Origin: Acidimicrobiales bacterium
GTDB taxonomy: Bacteria; Actinomycetota; Acidimicrobiia; Acidimicrobiales; CADCSY01
NCBI GenBank assembly: GCA_035540955.1
Contig: DATLFP010000009.1
Coordinates: 845-64,844 of the forward strand
DNA: 64,000 bases
Direction: 5' to 3'
A program made the translations under genes and the position numbers. Shown here one piece after another: positions 26,331 through 34,348 of this stretch. Position 1 is the first letter of the stretch, and every line of letters starts with the position of its first letter. The notes beneath the pieces were generated by a model, which ran no database searches, was not told where the DNA came from, and worked only from the letters and a program-made list of their open reading frames with translations.

Positions 26331-28393
26331 CGCCGCGCCCCCCGAGGGGTGGCCCCCGGGCGCATCCGGCGCAGCAGGCGGCTGCCCCGCTCGGGGGCGA
26401 CGGGCCGCGGCTGGCGCCGCTCGGGTCGGTCGGCGGGGTCGAGGGGATCCGTGAGGTCGACCACCGGCTCGGGGTCACGCCGGAGCGTTGGTGTCGGCTC
26501 CCGCTCCGGGGTCGGTCGGGACGAGGTCGCGGCGGCGGGCACCTCGTTGCCGTCGGCGAGCGCCGGGGTGAAGAACCCGATCCGCCGGCCGGTCTGGGCC
26601 TCGTGCAGGAGCCGGTAGAGCCCGTCGGCGCGCAACAGCGTGCCGTGGTCTCCGCGCTCGATCACCTCGCCATCGTTGATGACGAGGATCTGGTTGGCGT
26701 TGCGAACGGTGGACAGGCGGTGGGCGACCATGAAGGTGGTGCGCCCCTGCATGAGCCGCCCCAACGCTTCGAGGATCACCGCCTCGGTGCGGGAGTCGAT
26801 CGACGACGTGGGCTCGTCGAGCACGAGGATCGGTGCGTCCTTCAGGAAGGCGCGGGCGACGGAGATCCGCTGACGTTCCCCGCCCGAGAGCTTGGCGCCG
26901 CGCTCGCCGAGCTTGGCCCGGTACTTGCCGGGGAGCTTCATGATGAAGTCGTGGGCGTTGGCCGCCTTCGCCGCCTCCACCACCTCGTCCTTGGACGCAT
27001 CGGGACGGCCGTATCGGATGTTGTCCTCGATGGTTCCGGTGAACAGCAGAGGTTCCTGCATCACCATGCTGATGTTCCTGCGGAGCGACTCGAAGGTGAG
27101 GTCCCGCACGTCGACGCCGTCAACCAGCACCCGACCCTCGTGCGGGTCGAAGAAGCGCGGCAGGAGGTTCATGAGCGTGCTCTTGCCGGCGCCGGTCGGG
27201 CCGACGATCGCCACCGACTCGCCCGCGCCGACCTCGAAGGAGATGCCGCGCAACGTGCCCTCGCGACCCTCGTAGCTGAAGCTGACGTGCTCGAAGGTCA
27301 CCGCGCCGGCGGGGTTCTCCAGGGCCCGGGCGTCGGGCCTCTCGACCACATCGGGCTGGGTGTCGAGCAGCTCCATCGCCATCTCGAAGCCGATCAGCTG
27401 CTCCTGGATCGAGTTCATCGTCGTGCTGATCGTCTCGAGAGGCGTGTATACCGAGCGGATGTACGACAGGAGCACCAGCAGCTCACCCACGCTGAGGTTG
27501 CCGCTGCGCACCTGGTAGGCGCCGAGGCCGAGGACGGCGGCGGTGCCGCACGCGGTGATCAGGTTGACGACGAGGGTGAACACCGTCTGCTTCACCGTCA
27601 CCTTCACCCGAGCCGCGACTGCCTCCTCACCCTGCTCGCGGAACCTGTGGTACTCGTCGCGCTCCCGGTTGAACGCCACGATCACCCGGAGCATCTGCAT
27701 CGCCTCGTGCACCATGTGCAGCGAGCGGATCTCGAGCCCCTTCACCCTCCGGACCTCGGGTCCGATCTTCGAGCCGTAGTAGCCGGTCGAGTAGTAGATG
27801 AACGGCACCACCGCCAGCGACAGCAGGGCCACGGGCGCGTTCAGCCGGAAGGCGATCCAGAACATGCCGACGAGGGTCAGCGCGCTCTGCACGAGTGGGA
27901 ACGCCGACACGGTGACGCCGCCGACCGACGCCGCTTGGCCGTTGATGCGCCCCATGAACTCACCGGTGAGTCGCTCGTCGTGGTACGCGAACGAGAGGCG
28001 CTGGACGTGCTGGAACAGCTCGCTGCGGAAGTCGAGCACCATCCGCATGTCGATCCGGGTGTTCACGTAGTCGTTGATCACCTGGAGCCCGTTCATCACC
28101 AGCGTGACCACGAGCAGCAGGCCGACCACCACCCCCACCTGGCCCCAGATCGAGTCGCCGACGAGGTCGCGCAGCGGCCCCGGCAGCGGCTTGTCGCCGA
28201 GGACGCTGTCGATCATGAGCGCCACCGGCCACGGCTCGAGCAGGGCCACGCCGGCCCCCATTCCCATGAGCAGCATGGAGAGGGCGACCAGCCACCGGTG
28301 CGGGCGCAGGTACGGCAGCGTCAGCGGCCAGGCCTTCAGGTTCTCCCTGATGCTGATCTTGCGCTTCGTCTCCGTGGTGGTCTCGTCGCTCAC
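26327..28393 (-). CDS. fused TMD-NBD ABC exporter (MsbA/PglK-like) with a Pro/Arg-rich C-terminal tail
   Basis: GTG 28393, preceded by AGGAGCGGA and in a GTGA overlap with the upstream stop. It has six-helix exporter-type TMD features, Walker A GPTGAGKSTL, signature LSGGERQR and Walker B LVLDEPTSSID. The track ORF (to 30013) is an out-of-gene extension. Confidence 0.9.
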   Translation of the reverse strand: MSDETTTETKRKISIRENLKAWPLTLPYLRPHRWLVALSMLLMGMGAGVALLEPWPVALMIDSVLGDKPLPGPLRDLVGDSIWGQVGVVVGLLLVVTLVMNGLQVINDYVNTRIDMRMVLDFRSELFQHVQRLSFAYHDERLTGEFMGRINGQAASVGGVTVSAFPLVQSALTLVGMFWIAFRLNAPVALLSLAVVPFIYYSTGYYGSKIGPEVRRVKGLEIRSLHMVHEAMQMLRVIVAFNRERDEYHRFREQGEEAVAARVKVTVKQTVFTLVVNLITACGTAAVLGLGAYQVRSGNLSVGELLVLLSYIRSVYTPLETISTTMNSIQEQLIGFEMAMELLDTQPDVVERPDARALENPAGAVTFEHVSFSYEGREGTLRGISFEVGAGESVAIVGPTGAGKSTLMNLLPRFFDPHEGRVLVDGVDVRDLTFESLRRNISMVMQEPLLFTGTIEDNIRYGRPDASKDEVVEAAKAANAHDFIMKLPGKYRAKLGERGAKLSGGERQRISVARAFLKDAPILVLDEPTSSIDSRTEAVILEALGRLMQGRTTFMVAHRLSTVRNANQILVINDGEVIERGDHGTLLRADGLYRLLHEAQTGRRIGFFTPALADGNEVPAAATSSRPTPEREPTPTLRRDPEPVVDLTDPLDPADRPERRQPRPVAPERGSRLLRRMRPGATPRGARR

Positions 28394-30816
28394 TCCGCTC
28401 CTCGCCGGATGCATGCGGGCAGGGTCACTCGACTGCGGAACCATCCCCAGCCGAGGTCGATGCCGACGAGCGCGAGCGCGGCGGCGCCGAGGGAGGGGAG
28501 GACGACGCCGACGGCCGCCGCCAGCACGGTGGCGACGGCAACCCGCACCCGGCGCACCCGGGGGCGGACGCGGATCTGGACCGACCCGATCGGATGGCCG
28601 CTCGAGACCAGCTCGCCCGCCATCAGCAGCGACAGCGCCACCTCGGCGTCGTGGTCCTCCCACCCGGTCGGGGGCGCCACCCGCATCCCCGTGCGCCGCA
28701 GGTGTTCGATGACGGCGGCGGTGATGCCGGCTCGGGGTCGGTCGGCGGGCAGGAGGACCACGCCGCCGGAACGGCGCTGGGGCGGGCCGGGCAGCCGCTC
28801 GGCGGCCGGGAGATCGCGGCGGGCGAGCGGCGCCTCCCGGGTCCGGCCCCAGGTCCGGACCAGGGGCTGCAGCAGATGGTGAACGGCCACCGCCAGGCGG
28901 AACCGCACTTGACCGGTGACGAGTCGGCGGGGTGGCGTCGCCCGCCACGCGTCGATCCCGCCCAGCAGCGCCAGCCCGACGACGGCCACGAGCGCGGGGA
29001 GGAGCAGCCAACGAGAGAGCAGCCCGAGCGGTGCGGTGGCGAGGGCCCCAGTGGCGACGGGCACGCCGACCTGGTGCGCGACGTCGAGCCCGTGGCCGCC
29101 GCCCCGATACACGCTCTGGTAGGCGGCGTCGCCGTAGATGCCGCGGTAGATGCGGGCCCGCCCGGTCGGCGGCACGAGGGAGTTGTAGATCCGTCCCCGC
29201 CACCGCGCCGTCCCGATCGAGCTGAAGCGATCGGGATGGCGGGCCTCGACCAGCGCCTCGGCCCGGCCGTAGCCCCGCTGCTGACGCAGGTAGCGGCGCA
29301 GCCCCGGACGGCGGTGGTGCCACACGAGGGCGGCGGGGTGGAAGCCGATCGTCCACCTGCGGTCGAGGACCTTCCAGCACAGGTCGACGTCGTCGCCGGC
29401 GGCGGTGTAGATCGGGTCGAAGCCGCCGACCTCCTCGAGCACCTGCTTCCAGAACGCCATGTTGCAGCCGGGGACGTGCTCGGCGCGGTCGTCGGTGGTC
29501 AGGACGTGGACCGGGCCTCCCGGCGACTGCGCCACGACCTGGGCCCCGACCGGGTCGTCGAGCGGCGGCACGTTCGGGCCGCCGGCGCCACCGACGTCGC
29601 GACCGTCGAAGCCCAGCGCGAGGTAGTACGGCCACTCGGGAGTCGGATAGGCGTCGGAATCGAGGTAGGCGACGATCTCGCCGCGCGCGGCGCGGAACCC
29701 CTCGTTGCGGGCGACCGACAGCCCGCCGTGCGGGAGGCGCAGGACCCGGGCTCGGGGGTGGCGCTCGGCGAGCGCGGCGGTGTCGTCGGTCGATCCGTCG
29801 TCGACCACGAGGATGTCGAGGTCGGGGTAGTCGAGCGCGCACGTGTGGCGGAGGCACTCGTCGATGGTCTCGGCCGCGTTGTAGGCGCAGATCACGACGC
29901 TCATCGACGGCCAGTCGTCGTCGAGATCGGCGACGGTCATGGCGTTCCACCGCGCAGCCATGTCGAGCGCCGGTCTCGGCGTGCGGTCGGCGCGGGTGAG
30001 GCCGAAGTTCCACCCCTCCACCGCGTGGTCACCGACCCACCACTCGTCGGTCCACGAGAAGAGGAATGTGCCGGCGACGCCGCGCTCGAGCGCCGTCTCC
30101 AGCTGCCAGTCCACGGCATCGGCCTGGCGGTGCTCGCCCGCCTCCGTCGACCCGGCGTCGAGGCCGAGCTCACCCAGCACCAGGGGCCGGTCGCCGGCGA
30201 GGTTGTGGAGCCGCGTCAGGTACTGGCGGAAGTCGCGGCGGCGCTCGAGGAACAGGTTGAACGTGAGGAAGTCGAGATCGTCGAGCGGCAGGTACTCGGC
30301 GGTCGGGTAGTTGGCGAAGGTGACGAGTCGGTCGGGGTCCTCCTCGCGCACGACGTCGACCAGCTCGCTGATGACGCCGGCGACCTGCTCGGTGCCCATC
30401 CACCGGATGACGTCGGCGGGGATCTCGTTGCCGAGGGAGAGGGCGAACACCTGGTCGGCGCCGGCGAGGTGGCGCGCCGTGTGGCGGACCTCCTCGCGGG
30501 CGTCGCGGACCATGCGGCGCACGGCGCGGCGGGAGGAGCCGACGAGGTAGCGCCAGTCGGGCCAGAAGACGCCGGCGAACACTCGCAGGTTCCAGTCGGC
30601 GGCGACCTCGAGGAGGTCGTCGGGGGGCGGGGTGTAGGTGCGCACGACGGTGAAGCCCGCCTCGTTCATCGCCGCCATGTCGAGCTTGAGCTGCTGGCGC
30701 TCCGGGAACCGCGCTCCGTCGGGGTCGCGGGGACGGAAGGTGCCGTAGCCGACGCCGCGGACGGGGAAGCGCTCGCCGCCCTGCTCGAACTGCTTGCCAT
30801 CGACGCGGATCGGCAT
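28390..30816 (-). CDS. GH clan-A-like TIM-barrel domain fused to a synthase-like GT2 domain and a C-terminal membrane region
   Basis: ATG 30816, preceded by GAGGAGGAGCGAGG. The N-terminus has LSLGNEIP (acid/base NE) and VLGELGLD. The middle is GT2 (VVICAYNAAETI, VVDDGSTD, LDSDAY, GCNMAF, RQQRGYG resembling Q-x-x-R-W). The C-terminus has several hydrophobic helices. Confidence 0.8.
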   Translation of the reverse strand: MPIRVDGKQFEQGGERFPVRGVGYGTFRPRDPDGARFPERQQLKLDMAAMNEAGFTVVRTYTPPPDDLLEVAADWNLRVFAGVFWPDWRYLVGSSRRAVRRMVRDAREEVRHTARHLAGADQVFALSLGNEIPADVIRWMGTEQVAGVISELVDVVREEDPDRLVTFANYPTAEYLPLDDLDFLTFNLFLERRRDFRQYLTRLHNLAGDRPLVLGELGLDAGSTEAGEHRQADAVDWQLETALERGVAGTFLFSWTDEWWVGDHAVEGWNFGLTRADRTPRPALDMAARWNAMTVADLDDDWPSMSVVICAYNAAETIDECLRHTCALDYPDLDILVVDDGSTDDTAALAERHPRARVLRLPHGGLSVARNEGFRAARGEIVAYLDSDAYPTPEWPYYLALGFDGRDVGGAGGPNVPPLDDPVGAQVVAQSPGGPVHVLTTDDRAEHVPGCNMAFWKQVLEEVGGFDPIYTAAGDDVDLCWKVLDRRWTIGFHPAALVWHHRRPGLRRYLRQQRGYGRAEALVEARHPDRFSSIGTARWRGRIYNSLVPPTGRARIYRGIYGDAAYQSVYRGGGHGLDVAHQVGVPVATGALATAPLGLLSRWLLLPALVAVVGLALLGGIDAWRATPPRRLVTGQVRFRLAVAVHHLLQPLVRTWGRTREAPLARRDLPAAERLPGPPQRRSGGVVLLPADRPRAGITAAVIEHLRRTGMRVAPPTGWEDHDAEVALSLLMAGELVSSGHPIGSVQIRVRPRVRRVRVAVATVLAAAVGVVLPSLGAAALALVGIDLGWGWFRSRVTLPACIRRGAE

Positions 30817-30862
30817 GCGGTCGCCTCGCTCCTCCTCGGTGGTCGCGCTCGCCCTCCGGGCT

Positions 30863-30878
30863 GTCACGTGACCGTCAC
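30863..30878. promoter_or_regulatory. palindrome GTCACGTGAC plus an adjacent CGTCAC half-site in the leader of the glycan operon
   Basis: A perfect 10-bp palindrome lies 47 nt upstream of the ATG at 30816. Function unknown. Confidence 0.2.
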
Positions 30879-31200
30879 ACTTCGGTCCCGGGGTGCGGCT
30901 CCGGGTTCGGGCGAGCACCTTCGTACCCCCGCGATCGCCGGGAAATCGGGCCGGATCGCGCCAGACCGCGTCGGGGGCGCCATCCACGGTGCACACCAAG
31001 CATGTTACGGAATCATGACGAAACCCGCCACAGAGGAGAAGGCGGAGGGTCGCCAAGCCGCCGCGTCCATGCTGCGGTGAACGCCGTGACCACCGGTGAG
31101 GTTGCGATCTGCGCTCGAGATGCGGTCCGGACGCTCGGTCAGACGGGTCGAGCGCGCTGGTCGTGCCCGCCGATCACGGGGTTCGATGACCGCAGGACCG

Positions 31201-31229
31201 GTCGAGCGGGGAACGCCCCGCCGCTCGAC
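31201..31229 (-). terminator. candidate intrinsic terminator hairpin after the nitroreductase gene
   Basis: GTCGAGCGGGG-aacg-CCCC(gcc)GCTCGAC, 11 bp with a 3-nt bulge. It lies 21 nt past the stop at 31251. No U-tract is present, which is common in high-GC actinobacteria. Confidence 0.4.
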
Positions 31230-31250
31230 GCCGCACCCGCGGCGAGCGCG

Positions 31251-31823
31251 TCACAGGAGATCGGTGATGAGCCCGTCGAGGTCGGGGTCGCGGCGGGGCT
31301 TGCTGGTCCCCGGCGGGATGGTGCCGAGGTAGAGGAAGCCCACGATGGCGTCCTTCTCCCGCAGGCCGAGCGCCGCCTTCACCCGGTGGTCATCGACCGG
31401 CGAACCCGTCCGCCACATCGAGCCGTAGCCGAGGGCGGTGGCGGCGACGAGCGCGTTCTGGGCGGCGGCGACGGCGGCGTCGCGCTGCTCGACGAACGGG
31501 ATCTTCTCGTGCTCCTGGTCGACCGCTGACACCACGATCACGAGCGGGGCCCGGCCCAGCTTGGTGCGCTCCTTCTCGGCTCGGGCCGGCTCCGGCTCCC
31601 GCCCGGTCTCGCGGCACCGCGCCACGTACGCCTGCTCGAGCACCGAGCCGAACGCCGTCTGGGCATCGCCGTCGAGGACGGTGAAGCGGAACGGGCGCAG
31701 CTCGCCGTGGTCGGGGGCGGCGGCCGCCGCCCGCAGGATCGTGACCACGTCGGCGTCCGACGGCGCCGGCGGTGCCAGCCGGCCGATGGAGCGCCGGTTG
31801 AAGATGGCATCGAGCGCGTCCAT
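31251..31823 (-). CDS. nitroreductase family protein
   Basis: 190 aa with the N-terminal RRSIGRL motif, PDHG..RP.RF and a conserved C-terminal segment. Confidence 0.85.
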   Translation of the reverse strand: MDALDAIFNRRSIGRLAPPAPSDADVVTILRAAAAAPDHGELRPFRFTVLDGDAQTAFGSVLEQAYVARCRETGREPEPARAEKERTKLGRAPLVIVVSAVDQEHEKIPFVEQRDAAVAAAQNALVAATALGYGSMWRTGSPVDDHRVKAALGLREKDAIVGFLYLGTIPPGTSKPRRDPDLDGLITDLL

Positions 31824-31830
31824 CAGGACC

Positions 31831-32454
31831 TCACCAGCCGCGCTCGATCCACTCGTCGAGGTGCGGTCGCTCGGTGCCCACCGTGGTGTCGGCGCCGTGG
31901 CCGGGCATCACGATCGTCTCCGGTGGGAGGACGAACAGCTTGCGATCGATCTGCTCGATGATCTGCTTGAACCGGTTCGGGTCCTTCTCGGTGTTGCCGG
32001 CGCCGCCGGGGAAGAGCGTGTCGCCGCTGAAGAGGACGGGCTGGTCGACGAGCTTGAAGCACATCGAGCCGGGCGTGTGCCCGGGCGTGTGGATCGTGTG
32101 GAGGCGGAGCCGGCCGACCTCGATGATCGAATCGTCCTCGAGGATGTCGTCGTAGCTCGGCAGCATGCCGGCGTCGTCGGCGGTGACCGCCACCCGGTAG
32201 CCGGCGTCGCGGACGGCGGGCACCGCCTGGATGTGGTCCCAGTGGCCGTGGGTCTCGAGCACCGACCGCACGCCCAGCCGCTCGCAGAGGTCGAGCAGCT
32301 TCTCGTGCTCGTTGGCGGCGTCGAGGAGCACGGCCTCACCGGTCTGCGTGCACCGCAGGACGAACACGTTGTTCTCGAACGGACCGACCACCACCTTGTG
32401 GATCTCGGCGCCGTCGCCCTGCCAGTGCAAGGTGCTCCTGCTCGCTGCGCTCAT
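31831..32454 (-). CDS. MBL-fold metallo-hydrolase (glyoxalase II-like)
   Basis: 207 aa with the THGHWDH metal motif, HTPGHTPGS and GDTLF. Its ATG overlaps the vapC stop (ATGA). Confidence 0.85.
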   Translation of the reverse strand: MSAASRSTLHWQGDGAEIHKVVVGPFENNVFVLRCTQTGEAVLLDAANEHEKLLDLCERLGVRSVLETHGHWDHIQAVPAVRDAGYRVAVTADDAGMLPSYDDILEDDSIIEVGRLRLHTIHTPGHTPGSMCFKLVDQPVLFSGDTLFPGGAGNTEKDPNRFKQIIEQIDRKLFVLPPETIVMPGHGADTTVGTERPHLDEWIERGW

Positions 32455-32870
32455 GGCTCAGAGGCTAGAGGGGAGACGACCTGCAGCCCGAGGGCGAGCG
32501 CCCCGGGGATCTGGTGGCGGTCGAAGGTGAGGTAGGAGACGGGTCGGGGGAGCCGGTCGGCTGCCGCGAGGTGCACGGCGTCGACGGTGCGCAGGCCGAA
32601 CTCCACGCCGATCTCGGTGGCCCGGGCCAGGCACCGGTCGTCGACCGGCACGACGTTGAACGCGTCCCAGTCGTCGCGGAAGCTCCGCCACAGGTCGCGG
32701 GCCTGGCGGGGCCCCGAGGCGACGCGGTGGAGCACGAGCATCGCCTCGGCCCGGCAGAGCTCCGACGCGCACCAGAGGCGGTCGTCGGCCATGGCCTCGA
32801 GCACGAGGTCGCGCCCCGGCTCGTGGAGGTAGCGCTTCACGAGCGCCGAGGCATCGACCGCGAGGGTCAC
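32451..32870 (-). CDS. vapC: PIN-domain toxin (VapC-type)
   Basis: 139 aa from GTG 32870 (GTGA overlap with the antitoxin stop). It has LAVDASALVK (first acidic residue) and the TVDAVHLAAA and TFD segments typical of PIN. Confidence 0.8.
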   Translation of the reverse strand: MTLAVDASALVKRYLHEPGRDLVLEAMADDRLWCASELCRAEAMLVLHRVASGPRQARDLWRSFRDDWDAFNVVPVDDRCLARATEIGVEFGLRTVDAVHLAAADRLPRPVSYLTFDRHQIPGALALGLQVVSPLASEP

Positions 32871-33142
32871 CGGCTGCCGCGGATGTCGTCGAGGATCCAG
32901 TCGGAGCGAGCGTCGACGGGGGCGTCCTCGGCGGCGGGGACCTCGGGGGCGGTGCGCCGGGCGGGCCGCACGTGGCCGGCGGCGATCAGGTCCTCGAGGG
33001 TCGGGGCTCCGACCGGTTCGATGGGCCCGAGCTGGGCGACGGGGTGGCCGTCGACGGTCACCACGATGCGCTCGCCGGCGCCGGCCCGTCGCACCACGGC
33101 GGCGACGTCGTTCCTGAGCTCCCTGATCCCGACCCGTAGCAC
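32867..33142 (-). CDS. Phd/YefM-type antitoxin
   Basis: 91 aa from GTG 33142. VGIRELRNDVAAVVRRAGAGERIVVTVDGHPVAQL is typical of the prevent-host-death family. The track ORF start at 33328 is an upstream extension. Confidence 0.7.
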   Translation of the reverse strand: MLRVGIRELRNDVAAVVRRAGAGERIVVTVDGHPVAQLGPIEPVGAPTLEDLIAAGHVRPARRTAPEVPAAEDAPVDARSDWILDDIRGSR

Positions 33143-33150
33143 AGGTGTAC

Positions 33151-33156
33151 ACAGTA
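33151..33156 (-). promoter_or_regulatory. candidate -10 box TACTGT upstream of the antitoxin GTG, overlapping the palindrome GTGTACAC
   Basis: The minus strand reads TACTGT-gtacacct-GTG. The 8-bp palindrome GTGTACAC (33145-33152) sits between the -10 box and the start, a typical position for TA autoregulation. Confidence 0.35.
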
Positions 33157-33221
33157 GCGGTGGCGAGGACCGGCTCGGCGCCGTACAGTCCCGCCGTCCG
33201 CACGGAACCACGGGAGACCCC

Positions 33222-34337
33222 ATGAACTTCGCCTTCACCGAGGAGCAGGAAGAGCTCCGCAAGACCGTCCGCCAGTTCCTCGAGAGCAAGTCGCCCGAGG
33301 CCGAGGTGCGTCGCCTGATGGAGACCACCGAGGGCTACGACGACGCCGTCTGGAAGCAGATGGGCGAGCAGCTGGGCCTGCAGGGTCTGGCCATCCCCGA
33401 GGAGTACGGCGGCTCCGGCTACAGCTGGGTCGAGCTCGGCATCATCCTCGAGGAGCAGGGCCGCCGCCTCCTGTGCGCCCCGTACTTCTCGACGGTGGTG
33501 CTCGCCGCCAACGCCCTGCTGCTCAGCGGCGACGACGCCGCCAAGAAGGAGCACCTCCCGGGCATCGCGTCGGGCGAGACCATCGCCACCCTCGCGTTCA
33601 CCGAGAGCAACGGCCGGTGGGACGAGGAGGGCATCACCCTCCAGGCGTCGGGCAGCGGTTCCGACGCCACCCTCACCGGCGAGAAGATGTTCGTGCTCGA
33701 CGGGCACATCGCCGACCTGATCATCGTGGCCGCCAAGGGCGGTTCGGGCACGAGCCTCTACGCGGTGGCCGGCGACGCCGCCGGTCTCACGAAGACCGCG
33801 CTGTCGACGATGGACCAGACCCGCAAGCAGGCCAAGCTCGAGTTCAAGGACACCCCGGCCAAGCTCATCGGCACCGAGGGTCAGGGCTGGGCCACGCTCG
33901 AGAAGGTCCTCGACCTCGCCGCCGTCGGCCTCGCCGCCGAGCAGGTGGGCGGCGCCCAGCTCGTGCTCGAGATGGCGGTCCAGTACGCGAAGGACCGCAT
34001 CCAGTTCGGCCGGCCGATCGGCTCGTTCCAGGCCATCAAGCACAAGTGCGCCGACATGCTCCTCGAGGTCGAGTCGGCCAAGAGCGCGTCGTACTACGCC
34101 TCGTGGTGCGCGGCGGAGATGAACGACGAGCTGCCCTCGGTCGCCTCGCTCGCCAAGGCCTACTGCTCCGAGGCCTACTTCCACGCCGCCGCCGAGAACA
34201 TCCAGATCCACGGCGGCATCGGCTTCACCTGGGAGCACCCGGCCCACCTCTACTTCAAGCGGGCCAAGTCCTCCGAGCTGCTGTTCGGCGACCCGACCTA
34301 CCACCGCGAGCTCCTCGCGCAGCGGATCGGGATCTAG
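33222..34337 (+). CDS. acyl-CoA dehydrogenase
   Basis: 371 aa from ATG 33222 (GGGAG upstream, TACAGT at 33184). It has the ACAD N/M/C layout and the C-terminal IHGGIGFTWEHPAHLYFKRAK. Confidence 0.9.
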   Translation: MNFAFTEEQEELRKTVRQFLESKSPEAEVRRLMETTEGYDDAVWKQMGEQLGLQGLAIPEEYGGSGYSWVELGIILEEQGRRLLCAPYFSTVVLAANALLLSGDDAAKKEHLPGIASGETIATLAFTESNGRWDEEGITLQASGSGSDATLTGEKMFVLDGHIADLIIVAAKGGSGTSLYAVAGDAAGLTKTALSTMDQTRKQAKLEFKDTPAKLIGTEGQGWATLEKVLDLAAVGLAAEQVGGAQLVLEMAVQYAKDRIQFGRPIGSFQAIKHKCADMLLEVESAKSASYYASWCAAEMNDELPSVASLAKAYCSEAYFHAAAENIQIHGGIGFTWEHPAHLYFKRAKSSELLFGDPTYHRELLAQRIGI

Positions 34338-34348
34338 CCCACCACCTC

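Noticed and set aside
28394-30013. Upstream in-frame extension that makes the ABC exporter ORF 1228 aa
   Set aside because: The extension is an Arg/Pro/Gly-rich translation of the out-of-frame GH-GT2 gene. A GTG at 28393 with an AGGAG site and a GTGA overlap gives a normal-length exporter.
30817-31056. 80-codon in-frame N-terminal extension of the GH-GT2 gene (MATLRLLLCGG...)
   Set aside because: The first ~20 codons have A/T-rich third positions, unlike real genes here. A strong GAGGAGGAG site precedes the ATG at 30816, which begins a typical domain start (MPIRVDGKQF).
26603-31080. Plus-strand ORFs of 759 aa (26603..28882) and 828 aa (28594..31080) inside the glycan locus
   Set aside because: They are antisense to the ABC exporter and the GH-GT2 gene, which carry clear Walker/ABC and GT2 motifs. 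The plus-strand ORFs have no motifs of their own.
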